NCBI GenBank assembly: GCA_951406725.2
Contig: OX597819.1
Coordinates: 77,190,001-77,254,000 of the forward strand
Length of the DNA stretch: 64,000 bases
Direction of reading: 5' to 3'
DNA from: Octopus vulgaris
Lineage: Eukaryota
The notes under the pieces are model-generated. The model was not told the DNA's origin. It searched no databases and saw nothing but the letters and a program-made list of their open reading frames with translations. The position numbers and the translations under genes are program-made. This document shows, piece by piece, positions 1-12,206 of the stretch (the stretch's first letter is position 1; the number at the start of each line of letters is the position of its first letter).

Positions 1-936
1 ATAGAAGTAGTGGCTTAACCCAGAGAAACTCTCTGAGCTTTTCACTCCAAGAGAATCTCATGACTATACTTACTTAATCAATCCCCAATATTCATGAGGA
101 TAAACATGAAACTGCTTTCCTTACCAACCTCTCTCTCTCTCTCCTCTTCTAAGAATTGGATGTTGAAGTTGGCACAGTACTGTGTCAGCACAATTGAGCT
201 TCCTGCCACACATCACTTATGAATATGGCCCCAAGATATTTAAACTTCTCCGTGTGCCGCAAACAAGATGGGCAATGATTTAGATCTTAGTATTCTCATT
301 TGAAATTGTATCATATTATGTTTAATTTTTAATATCTGAAATCTGATGGTGATTTTGCTGATATTTATTTCATGTCCAATATCTTAGGTACCACCCGTTT
401 TGTAGCTGGTTTACATCTGTTAGCATATCAAGCAGCCAAATTAACTGCATAACACCTGAAATAACACGCGCTCTTGCATGACTGTAATCATACAGTTTAA
501 ACTAATTGAAAATGCTAAAAGAATTAAGATAATGCAATGTAATTAAAATAAATGTTTTAACACCTTGAGTGAAGGATAACATGCTTCATTTGAATCTTAA
601 CTTGGTTTATATATCAAACTGAGGTGGAAAATCACGATGACAACTATTACTATTGGAAAAGAAAACAACATCAAAAATTATATAAATAAAACTTATTCGT
701 GAGTCAGATAAATCATTATCAAATGATACATGTCGTTGTACTGTATTTTTGTTAGATATCTCAGAGCTTCATTGCCAAAAGCATCTAGATCATGTGCATA
801 GTTGTGCAATCAAACTTTGTCTTTTCTTTTTAATATTGAACAAAAGGTAAATCATTAGTATTGTGGGAAAAATGCTTAGCAGCATTTTGTCCATCTTTAC
901 ATTTTGAGTTCAATGCACACACACACTCACACACTG

Positions 937-1335
937 CATTGGGTAAGTATCTTCCACTATAGCCTTGGGGCAACCAAAGCCTTGTGTGTGGGTTTGGTAG
1001 ATGGAAATTGAAAGAAGCCTGTCATCATCATCATCATCATCATCATCGTTTAACGTCCGTTCTCCATGCTAGCATGGGTTGGACGGTTCGACTGGGGATC
1101 TGGGAAGCCAGAAGGCTGCACCAGGCTCCAGTCTTATCTGGCAATGTTTCTACAGCTGGATGCCCTTCCTAACGCCAACCACTCCGTGAGTGTAGTGGGT
1201 GCTTTTTACGTGCCACCTGCACAGGTGCCAGGCAAGGCTGGCAACGGCCACGGTCGGATTGGTGTATTTTATGTGCCACCGGCACGGAAGCCAGTCGAGG
1301 CGGTGCTGGCATCAGCCACGAGTCGGCCACGAGTC

Positions 1336-1373
<38 letters not shown>

Positions 1374-1612
1374 TTATGTGAGTGTGTCTTTATGCCTGTG
1401 TTTGTCCCCCCCACCATCACTTGATAACCAATGTTGGTGTATTTATGTCCCCATAACTTAGCAGTTTGGCAAAAGAGTCCAATAGAATAAGTACTAGGCT
1501 TACAAAGAATAAGTCTCGGGGTTGATTTCTTCGACTAAAGAAAAGACCCTATAAGATTGTGCTCCAGCATGGCTGCAGTCAAATGACTGAAACAACTAAA
1601 AGAGTAAAAAAA
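937..1612 (+). mobile_element. SINE-like interspersed repeat, interrupted by a nested retroposon
   Basis: Segments (GGTAAGTATCTTCCACTATAGCC; GAATAAGTACTAGGCT; GCTCCAGCATGGCTGCAGTC) recur at ~1625-1780(-), ~2660-2890(-), ~4455-4590(-) and ~50615-50875(+). Confidence 0.65.
1021..1337 (-). mobile_element. (GAT)n-tailed retroposon copy (probable RTE-like LINE 3' end or derived SINE)
   Basis: High similarity to 9950-10260(+) and 47845-48307(-); (CAT)n tail on the + strand; GTCAT at both ends is a candidate TSD. Confidence 0.75.
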
Positions 1613-2989
1613 ATATGTATTTATGATGGGCTTCTTTCAGTTTTCATCTACCAAATCTACTCACAAAGCTTTGGTCAGCCCAGAGTTACTGTGGGATACA
1701 TTTACCCAACATGCCACTCAGTGGGGTTGAACCTGGAGCAATGCAGTTAGAAAGCAAACTTCTTAACCTCACACCCATGCCTAAATATATATAAATGTGT
1801 GTATTCACCAGAGAAATCGTCTTTCACACTGACAAAGTTTTGTCTGGTTAATATCAGACCAACGCTTGACATGCAAATGCCATGCAGATTTACAAATAAT
1901 TTAATACAACTATATTCTTTGTGGTCTGCTACATAATAAGTTTAAAATTTTAGTCTTCATTGTCGTCTCTTCAGAAGTACTTACTGGGTTTGCTTCCTCT
2001 GTTCACTCTCCTGTGGATTATGGCTCCACTATACTTTCTTGAGAATTCATTTGTAATAGAAATGCTTTCTTTGTTAGAATATAACTTCTCAACTGTTAAC
2101 TCTGTTCTTTGTCTATCTTCCACAATACCATCACATTGCTTCTATCAGCAAACTATCAAAGACAAACTGTAGTGTGTAGTACAGTTCTATATTTAAGAGA
2201 AGAGGAATTATGTACATTATTTACATTTGATGGATATTTTTCCTCATCTTGTTTGTTGTTATATCCTCCAGCCTTCATCAGGTGTCTTGGAGAAATATCA
2301 AACCTGGGTTCTCATTCCTAAGATATTTTTCGATGTTATTATTATTCAGGTCACTGCTTGGAATCGAACTCGGAATCTTAACCACTACGCCATATGCCTG
2401 TGGGCAATTATAGAGTGAATTTTAGGGCTTATAAATCTAATATTTTTCTATCCTTCCTTAATACTGGTTCCCATATGCTGCTCATATCTGCACTTAGTCT
2501 GCTTAGGAGGTTGTTGTGTCCTAGCATATGTGCTGCTTCTTTTAGTTTTTGTATTTTCCAGTGGTGTTCTCTGTCTATTATTAACAACAAACAAGATGAG
2601 GACAAATATTTGTCAAATGTAAATAATGTAGTGTGTAATAGTTACATAATTTTCTTTTAACTCTTACTTGTTTCACTCATTGGACTGCAGCCATGCTGGA
2701 GGACTGCCTTGAAGAGTTTAGTTGAACAAAGCAATCTTACTACTTTTTTTTTCTTAAGTCTGGTATTTATTCTACCAGTCTCTTTTGCCAAACTGGTAAG
2801 TTACAGAGACAAATAATTAATTAAATAAACCTAGTTGTCAAGTGATTTGGGAAGACAAACATTAACACAAAGATACACACACACACACATTTTGAATTAT
2901 TGTTAAGTCAGTTATGTTGATAATATATTTAAATGTGTACATACACACACACACATGTGTGTGTTTGTGTATGTATGTATATATGTATT

Positions 2990-4175
2990 TTTGATCGAAC
3001 ACCATGAAGGTCTCCTACACTAACTCTGCTAATTTAGAGTAGCTTATGCACCACATAAACAATAGTTAAATGCAACAAAGGTTCAATAACCCACCTACTG
3101 GATCTAGCAAACATGCACATCTAAATACCAATGAAGGAGATATAAGCCACAATGAAAAACACCAATTACAGCCAAATTGTATGAGTAGAAATGCTTATGA
3201 TACAGCTAACACAGTAATAGAGTTAGAACTACCTTATATACAAATAAATATGATAAATGCTCATGCAGAGAAAAATCAAATTGATGAACCTTTGTATGAA
3301 TACAAGTCTTGTATATAAATGTACTGTGCACACAAGGAGAGGTCCATATGCTTACATTGGGCAGACAGCTGATTCATTTAAAAATCGTTATCATAACCAT
3401 ATTGCCAGCTTTAAGACAATCAATAAGAGACATTCAACATCTTTGGCTGATTTTGTATGATGACTGAAGGAGGATAAAATTAAGTACAGCATAACCATAC
3501 AATATAATTTCCAGGAGATGCCATCTCTGCTACAAGAAATCTCTGTTTATTCTGTGGATCAACAAGAAGATCATTAATAGAATTTCTGAAAGACTCACAA
3601 GATGCCTGTATGCATATAAATGCACTTTCTCACAATGCAGTGGGGATGAATTTGAGTAACTATTATAATTTACTTTAAAGTATGGATGAATTAAGTTTAG
3701 TTTTAACCTCTCCATTCTTATAAATACCAAGTAGATATTTAACTTGCTTTGTGATCATGAGTGCACCAAACACATGTGCACATGCTTGTATGAGTGAGTG
3801 TACATACACCATGCAGCTTGCTCAAGGGTGTTTATACATCCATATTTGTTAACGGTTATTTTCAATTCTTTTCTCACTGTATTGTGTTCTTTTTTGCATC
3901 TGTGATTTTATTTTTGATCTTCTATGTAAATGAAGCTTTTTCCTTTGTTCTGCTGCATTTCTTTCTACGAAATGAGAGGATACATTGCAGAACTGTTATT
4001 TTAACGAGTTGTGTCTATTTATCACCCGATGAGACACACCTGCACTACCAGATGCTCCTGAACCAGTTGTTGAGTGCCCCACCCATGAGGGATCGATACT
4101 AGATGTGTCAAAACAATTGTCGTGATTAATAATAAATTCTTGTATATTCCATCTTCAGTCTTTCATTTACCATAT
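2990..4175 (+). mobile_element. Decayed Penelope-like element (GIY-YIG endonuclease remnant plus 3' end)
   Basis: ORF 3257-3460 contains LVYKCTV...YIGQTADSFKNRYHNH...STSLADFV (GIY-YIG pattern VY...YIG.T...R...H), interrupted by stops; hammerhead-like motif at 4021-4126. Confidence 0.75.
4021..4126 (+). ncRNA. Degenerate minimal type I hammerhead ribozyme of the Penelope type (probably inactive)
   Basis: Stem I ATCAC/GTGAT, core CCGATGA (canonical CTGATGA), stem II GACACA/TGTGTC, AAAAC (canonical GAAAC), palindromic ACAATTGT, GTC triplet. Confidence 0.6.
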
Positions 4176-4195
4176 ATATATATATATATATATAT

Positions 4196-4425
4196 TTCTT
4201 TACTACCTACAAGGGGCTAAACACAGAGGGAACAAACAAGGACAGACAAAGGGATTAAGTCGATTACATTAACCCCAGTGCCAAACTGGTACTTAATTTA
4301 TCGACCCCTAAAGGATGAAAGGCAAAGTTGACCTCGGCGGAATTTGAACTCAGAACGTAACGGCAGACGAAATACGGCTATGCATTTTGCCCGGCATGCT
4401 AACGTGTCTGCCAGCTTGCCGCCTT
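4196..4425 (-). mobile_element. tRNA-derived SINE with a Meta-domain-like core
   Basis: Reverse complement has a GAGTTCAAATTCC B-box and a GCCTTTCATCCTTT..GGGTCGATAAATTAAGTACCAG core; many other copies in the window. Confidence 0.8.
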
Positions 4426-5636
4426 AATATATATATATATATACATATATAACAGGCTCCAACACTGTTTCCTTCTATCAAATTCACTCACAAAGCATTT
4501 GTTGATCTCGGGACTATAGTAGAAGACACTTGCTCAAGGTGTTGTGCAGTGGACCAAACCCAAAACCACATGGCTGCAAAAACAAGCTAGACTGAAAATA
4601 ATTTCTTAGTTTTATATGTCTGTCTTTGGTTCTGGAATGCCATTGTCTACTCCCCAGACTTCTACAGGTGTTAGATATTTGATTTTATGTCAATAATTCC
4701 CATTTACAATTGCATTATAGTTGCCATGATAACCACTTAAAATACACTCATATTGCTTGTTTACTTATGTTTATCTATAATAGTATTTTATTTACTACTT
4801 AGTAATAGTAGTGACTAGGTTAGGGGTGTACAAATAAGACACTTTAATTCCTTTATGATGTGTATAATAATATTATTACAAAATATACTAGAATCAAATA
4901 TAATGGTGTGTATATTTATGTGTGTGTTAAACTACTATCATGTCTCTTCCACTAAGAAATTGTTTACTTCAAAGTATTCTTAGATTAAATTGGTTGACAA
5001 ACTAGTAAAACTTAGACGTTTTTTTATTTAGATACATCAATACTATTTTTGAAAAATTTTAGACATTTATCAGAATGACTCTGAAGACATAACATTTTAA
5101 TGACAATTCATTCCTCTCTGCCCACCCCACACCAATTGATATGTCTGACTACTGAAAAACTTATTGATCTGGACTACATGAATTGCTCTATGTAGTTCTC
5201 CCACCTACCCCAGTTTCAAGTTTATTTTAAAATTCATTCATCTAAGGTTTGAGTTCTGGGGCAAAGTTTGATCGATAAAATAATTTCCAGTGATTCAGTC
5301 TAGCTCAACACTTTCTATAAGAAGGAAAAAGTTTCAGTTTTGTGATTAGTCAAAAGATGAAATTTCAAATAATTTACTTATCCTCATTTCTATTCACATT
5401 TCTTGTTGGAAATTAAGTTGCTAACCCCAAGGATAATTCTGATTGAGCATACATATAATCAAAGCTAGTTGTTCTTGCCTTGTTCATCCTGTCTTTTGGA
5501 GACACAGGCAAGGTTGCATAATTGAAATACTTGCTTCACAATTAAATGGTTTAAGGTTCAATATCAACTACCACCATGGGGGCCCCTCAGGTAAGAGTCT
5601 TCTACTATAGCCTTAGGTCAATTAAAGTCTTGTATA

Positions 5637-5865
5637 CTAATCCTTTAGTATTCAGATTACTCCATCTATTGTATTCCTTATTTATTCACATTGTTTACAA
5701 ATTAATCCTGTATTATCTTGTAGCTTTGAGATTTCATTGATGTGATTGTATATTTCTCGAATGATATTAGAGGCTAGGTGTGAGAGGCTGGATCTGTCTT
5801 GTTTAAATATGAAACAGGCACAATATATTGGCTGGATATGGCCAGTTTCAATGCTAAAGGATTAA
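5637..5865. mobile_element. piggyBac-type MITE
   Basis: TIRs TCCTTTAGTATT / AATGCTAAAGGA with TAA/TTAA flanks; related copies at ~7857-8000, 47801-48465 and ~49288-49504. Confidence 0.65.
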
Positions 5866-7200
5866 TTTTGGTGGAAGAGCACAATGTGGACGCTCATTGA
5901 AAAGACCATTTCTGTTTCAGGTTGTAGACTTAATCCATTGCCAACTTCAACACATTCATCCTAGCTTGTGGGTGTCTTTCAAAGAATCTAATCCATCTTA
6001 AGCATTCAGGCCAGGCTTTTAGTCTGAAGATAACTTCCACCATTCCCCCTGCAAGTCTCACACACCCTGAAAATTGAAAATATCATGAGGGTTGTCCTTC
6101 CTTACTCTTTTCTTCATTTATCAAATCTTAAAAAATGAGAGAGAAAAAGGTCAAGAACTGCATTATCATGAGTGTTCTTCCTATTTTTAAGAGGGGTTAG
6201 AATGTGATCTGAAAGGGACTTTGCTGCTCTTTCTAGCAGGTTGTGTGACTGCATAATGACTTCCATTGTTTGCTTTGTAAATGAAGTTTTTTTTTTAAAT
6301 GAACTCACTAGTCTCTTAGTTCTGGGCTTTTTTTTTTTTTTTTTGTAAATTTATATTAGAAATACCTAAATTTCAAATATATGTGATGCATATATAAACC
6401 TGTGTATATATCTGTATACATATGTGTTTGTGTGTGCATGTGTATCTTGCTCTAAATTCTATCCCTTTTTTTTTAATTTTGTACTTCCCTTTTCCAGATA
6501 TAAATTGCATGTATAAGAACCCAAATTTAGATACTGCTTTTTTTTCTCTCTCTCTCTCTCTCTTTTTTTTCAAGAAATATTTCATTAGCTACAGTTAGTT
6601 ATTTCTTTCCTTGCCATTGTTGAGTGAAGAAGTATTCTTGTATGGCATTCTGATTTTTTTATTTCATTTATGAAGAATATCTTGGATTCTTATTGTTAAC
6701 ATATTTAAACAGTGTATAGTTTTGGCCTACAGTAATCTTTAATGTTAAAATATGACAAGAAGAAAAAAGAAATCAATAAAAAGTAACAAAACTGCAATCC
6801 AAATAAAGTGTATAAAAAAAAAATCAATGAAAATAATATTATTATCAAATCTTATTTATTTCAGTGACATGAGCTACACTGAATGATTTTCACTTTATAT
6901 GTATTGAACACTGATAAATTCTGTTGTCAGTTTTATCATTTGTTTGCTTTTTGTATTGTTTATTATTATCATCATCATCATCATCAGTAGTAGTAGTAGT
7001 AGTTGCAGCAGCAGTATCAGTTCAGTTAGCAATTTACTAAATAATTACTGATTGTGTTGTTCCTTTCAATAGAAAATCCTTTCTCTGCACCATCATACCA
7101 CATGAAACAGAAGCTCAGCTCCATGCTGCTACTATTTATTTTGTCTTGTTTATTATTTTTATTATCATTATTTTTGTTGATGTTGTTGTTGTTATTTTAG

Positions 7201-7392
7201 GCACAATGTCAACATTTTTACGCAAAATCTCTCAAAGCAGCTTTGTCGAGGATACAATTGAGACGCTAAACTCCGCCAAAGTCAGTTTGATGCAAAACGA
7301 ATCCGAGAAAGACAAACTCTCTAGTGGAAAGGCTTCAATGCCTAAATCTCCTTCTACTTCTAATACTGCCCCCGTGCATCAGAGAATGTCAG
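7201..7392 (+). CDS. NCX: Candidate alternative cassette exon A of the NCX gene (CBD2 variable loop), (G)TMSTFLRKISQSSFVEDTIETL...PVHQRMS(G)
   Basis: T-rich tract ending TTTTAG at 7200; donor GTCAGA at 7393; 192 nt, open, phase 1-1, matching the phase-1 start of exon 20809; peptide is paralogous to exon 12207-12389. Confidence 0.75.
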
Positions 7393-7494
7393 GTCAGAAT
7401 ACGCACCAGCTGCACTGATAGCTGTCATCATTTAATTCCTTAGATTGTCTTCAGCAGTTCAGTATTCAGAGAGAGACACAAAATATAGCAAACA

Positions 7495-7815
7495 TAGAAT
7501 ACTGGGTTCTAATCATGAAGTAGTGAGTTCAATTCCCGGACCAGGTTGTGTGTTGTGTTTTTGAGCAGGACACTTTATTTCGTGTTGCTCCAGTTCACTC
7601 AGCTGTAGAAAATGAGTTGTGACATCACTGTGGCCAATCTGTATCAGCCTTCGTCTTTTCCTTGGATGATATTGATGGGATGGAGAGGGGAGGCTGGTAT
7701 GCATGGGTGACTGCTGTTCTTCCATAAACAATCTTGCCCGGACTTGTACCTCGGAGGGTAACTTCCTAGTTCCTAGGTGCAATCTCATGGTCATTCATGA
7801 CTAAAGGGGGTCTTT
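7495..7815 (+). mobile_element. tRNA-derived SINE (second family)
   Basis: GAGTTCAATTCC B-box then GTGTTTTTGAGCAGGACACTTTATTTC; body matches 36030-36370(-) and 50350-50605(+). Confidence 0.75.
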
Positions 7816-8025
7816 ACTTATTTTACCTTATCCCAACTGTAAGCTTTTGAGTCCTTAAACCTTTTAGCACTCAGATTACTCTGCCTAATTTAAAGCTTAT
7901 TTATTCACATTGTTTTGAATCAATCATGCATTATCTTGTACTTTCAAGATTTTAATGATGTAATTGTTTTATTGTTAGAATGACATTGTAGGGTTGGTGT
8001 TTGAAGATATCATGCATTATGATTA

Positions 8026-8578
8026 TCTATTATATAAAACCGTTCTGTCTGTCTGTCTGTGTGTCTTCTAGGATCTCGGGCATCCTCCATCCAATTGCGC
8101 TCAAATTTGATATGTAGATACTGATGGTATCAGGGCGTGTATAAGTCTAGAAAAAATTACAAAAATCAATTCCAAGTGAGAATGCGATTGATAAAGCCAT
8201 GGGAATGTGCATTTGTACATGCAAGTACATCAGCTGTTGCAATCAATACTATGCGTATGTGAGAAAAATGCACGTGCAGTTTGTGCAAAAAAAGCCAGCT
8301 GGCTTGAAATAATGCCACAAAAAGCAGTATATTTAAGAGACCAAAAAAAGTAAGATGCAAAAGTGATATTTTCTTCAAACTTGGCATGAATGAAGGAAAG
8401 ACTATTTGGTTTCTCATGAAGTATTTTTTTTGCCTTAACTTCATTTAACAAAACCAAAAATTTTATTGAAATAAAGGCATGCTTAATTTTTTTTCGAATG
8501 AAAAGAAAACACTGATTGCTTTTTATTCAGCAGATATGATTCAGCACCGTCCACTGGACAGAGGGGCGTTTTGCTCAT
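8026..8578 (+). mobile_element. Possible non-autonomous Helitron-like element
   Basis: Begins TCTATTATATAAAA followed by a (CTGT)n microsatellite; GC-rich hairpin-like 3' end near 8545-8570. Confidence 0.4.
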
Positions 8579-9949
8579 ATATATATGTATATATATATAT
8601 ATGATTAATGTAAAATGAAGACAAACACCAATGTTCTGTGTGACAGGCTTAAATATTGTTGAGGACTTCCTTAACATGAAACCAACAGTAGCCTTAATAC
8701 ACAAATAATGCACTTATTCTCATATGTGCCTGCAATTTTTCATGCTGCTCATTTTCTTGTGTACATACATTAGTACGCATGCACACACACACACACATAC
8801 ATTCATTTCAATTGTCTATATAACAAGTCTGGTCTCTGGCAATTAATTTCCTCCTCTTTTCTATTTTTCTATTTCTAATTGATAAACTACATAAACTGTT
8901 TGCATTTATAGATATCTCTTTAGCTTGCTATGTTTTGCATGAGCACTGATGCCATCTGATAACAAATTAGCCTGAGAGGGCATCCCACTCCACCAGCCAA
9001 ATCAGGGAAAGAGAAGAAAAAAAAAACTCGCAAAAGAAAAGAAAAAACATGCCTTTTGTTGCTATCTCAAGGTCAAAATGGTTTGTGTGAGTTAGCGTGT
9101 ATTCTTGTTGTCTGTCAACAACTATTTTGTAGATTAGTAGTAATTTACAAGCAAAGCAATGATATAATGTGTGATAATAATGGCAGATGTCTGCATTTAT
9201 CCATCCATTTGCACATTACCATAGAGACATATCTGGTTGATCCACATAGTCGTTGATTATGATGGATATATGTATAGGTGGTGGTGATGGTGGTCTAACT
9301 CTGAATAATTCCTGAGTGAGCTGACCTATGGTCACAGGTTTTTCAGCCATCTCTATCCTATCATTTTTCTTTCTTTCTTTCTTTTTCTTTTGTTACAGTA
9401 ATTCTATGACTGCTTTTACCAATGCGTCCATAAAAAAAAAATGCTAATGTGTGATATGAGAGAGACTGGGCTGCTATTCTTTGCAGGCCAAGCAACCACA
9501 TAGAGGTTTCTTTGTTGGCATAGTGAAAGAAGAACAGCTAAACAAGCCTTACAATGAGAGAATCTATCAAAAGAAAAGACTTAAAGGAAACTATTGTAGA
9601 AAGCATAATATTTAAGATCATGATAAATGGTGTTCCAGCCACTACCTTTATGTATATGAAGCACTATGCTATCTGATGTGACACATCCCCCTACACACAC
9701 ACACACTTTTTTTCTTACATGCTAAGGTATGGTTGGAGGAAAATATGGCTATTGTTTCTAGTAGGTTGAACACTTGTGCAGATGCTCTCTCATTGGCTTG
9801 AAATATGGAAAGTAATTTAAGACAGAATACAGAAGGCAGCACAAGACTTATGTGTTGTTTGATTTATAAGATATAAAATTTCTATAATGTTTTCTCTTGG
9901 AATTAAGTTACTTATTATAATCTATGCCATTTATGGTTGTACATAAGCT

Positions 9950-10260
9950 GGTGGCACGTAAAAAGCACCATTCATATGTGGCCGATACCAGCGCCGCCTT
10001 GACTGGTTTCCGTCTTGATGGCACATAAAAACCACCAACTGATCGTGGCTGTTGCCAGCCTCTCCTGGCACCTGTGCCGGTGGCACGTAAAAACACCCAC
10101 TACACTCACGGAGTGGTTAGAGTTAGGAAGGGCATCCAGCTGTAGAAACACTGCCAGATCAGACTGGAGCCTGGTGCAGCCTCCTGGCTTCCCAGGCCCC
10201 GGTTGAACCGTCCAAACCATGCTAGCACGGAAAATGGACATTAAACAATGATGATGATAA
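9950..10260 (+). mobile_element. (GAT)n-tailed retroposon copy
   Basis: Inverted homolog of 1021-1337; contains GGAAGGGCATCCAGCTGTAGAAAC and ends GGACATTAAACAATGATGATGAT; an older copy follows at ~10520-10745. Confidence 0.75.
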
Positions 10261-11190
10261 TCATATAATTATCACATTGTTGTTCATACTGAGTCATTTT
10301 GGTTGGTTTGTAGATGTGTAAACTCTTCAATTGTTACAGCACTTGTTGGATTGTGACAGAGTTAAGTATGTTGTTTAAGGTCACAGTAAGTTTTGTCTTC
10401 ATTAAGATGTCAGTTTGTATACCATATTTAGTTGATGACATAACAAGTCTGCTGGTCTTTAAATATGACCCAATTGTCTTTGCTTTGGGGTTCTTTATGA
10501 TTGACTGACTTACGTTTATTACTGTTTTGTGCCAGTGCCACATAAAATGCACTTATGCTGGTGTTATATAAAAAGTACCCAGCATGCTTTGTAAAGGATT
10601 GGCATTAAGAAGGGCATCAAGCCATAGAAACCATGCCAAAACGGACAGTTGAAGCCTAGACAGCTCTTTGGTGATTCCTGCTCCTGTCAGACCATTCAAC
10701 CTATGCCAGCTTGGAAAACGGACATTAAACGATAATGATGATGACTTGATGCTCCAGTTTAGATCAATAACCAGATGAGTGATCTTTTGGTGATGTGGGG
10801 TATCTGTTGAATGCTCAGTCCCACTGATACTTTTGTGGGCAGATAACAACTGATTGTATACCAAGTGGTACTTGCTTTGTTGACCCTTGGCAAGATGAAA
10901 ACTTACTTAACCCCAACATGATTTGAACTCAGAACATTGAAAGATGTAATTAATTAACACAGGGTATATTCTCCAACATCTTGACAACTCTACCATCTAT
11001 CACACTTAGAAATGAAACTTTCCACAAACTATTATGATTCTTGTAGATTGCAACAAATGACATTATGGAAAAAAGAATGAAATAACCAAACTGTTCTTAG
11101 TCTTTGTAATATTGTTTTAGCAAAGCTAGGTATAAGAAACAAATATTGTAAAAATGCTTTTACATTGATGATGACAATATTTGGGAACAG

Positions 11191-11395
11191 TAAAAGGGCA
11201 AGATGGCAGAATTGTTTGCATCCTGAGCAAAATGCTGAGTCATTGCATTCTGAGTTCAAATCCCACTGAGGTTGACTTTGCTTTTCATCATTTTGGAGTC
11301 AATAAAATAAGTACCACTTGAGTACTGGGGTTGATCTAATCGACTGAGCTTCTCCATACTTACTGGCCTTGTACCAAAATTTGAAACCAATATTT
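11191..11395 (+). mobile_element. Meta-like SINE copy
   Basis: GGCAGAATTG...CTGAGTTCAAATCC...GACTTTGCTTTTCATC...AAGTACC. Confidence 0.7.
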
Positions 11396-12206
11396 GAGAA
11401 TAGAATAATACTGAAGCCTGTATCGTTTCAGTCGTCTTCACTATCATTAAGAGTTCAATATTCTATTTTTCCATATATCTATCTTAAAAATGTATATTGA
11501 TGCCAAGTATTCTGAAACGAGTGACCAGCTAAACTACAATGTCATGCAAACTATTTCATATGGCATTGAAAATAATTCAATTGCCATATCTCAAATAAAA
11601 AAAAAAGCCAAAACAAAACGAAAAGTATTCTTTTCACTATTCTTACCTTTTGAAAATTATCCAAAATCTTATTGAATTAATCAGTCAAGTCAGTTAATAT
11701 GAAGCACAGCATGATAGCTGACAATTCTTTAGAAAATGGTCTGAAGCTTTTGTTATGCTTTGTGAAAGCTATTAGTTCTTGTTTGAATTCTTCCAGCTTA
11801 TATTATTTTAGAGGAATCTGCTCCATATACACCAAACACTGATATTCAAATATCTATTCAAAATATCCTTATAAGATGAATATATAATTTTCAGTTATAC
11901 ACTTCGTAGGAGTTTTTTAAAAAAATAGTTTCACTAAATAAATGTTTTGGTTATAAGTAAAAGCAACTAGTATATTTTTTTTTTTAAACTTGTTTTCTTT
12001 AGTAATTGTATTTATACAAAAATTTCTATTCACATTAGGTGAAAATTATCGGTAGCTGTTTGTTATTAGACCAAAAATTTTGAAATGCTTTTTTCATACA
12101 TGGCATCACATTTTTCTGGAATGAGCAGCCCTGCACTATTATTTCATTTTAAAACTTGAGCTTAATGATATTGGTGTGTCAATATATGTCATGTGTTCCA
12201 TTCTAG

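Noticed and set aside
1-7200. Search for the upstream constitutive CBD2 exon (DDEEYEK-type sequence)
   Set aside because: Not found by eye; presumably lies upstream of the window
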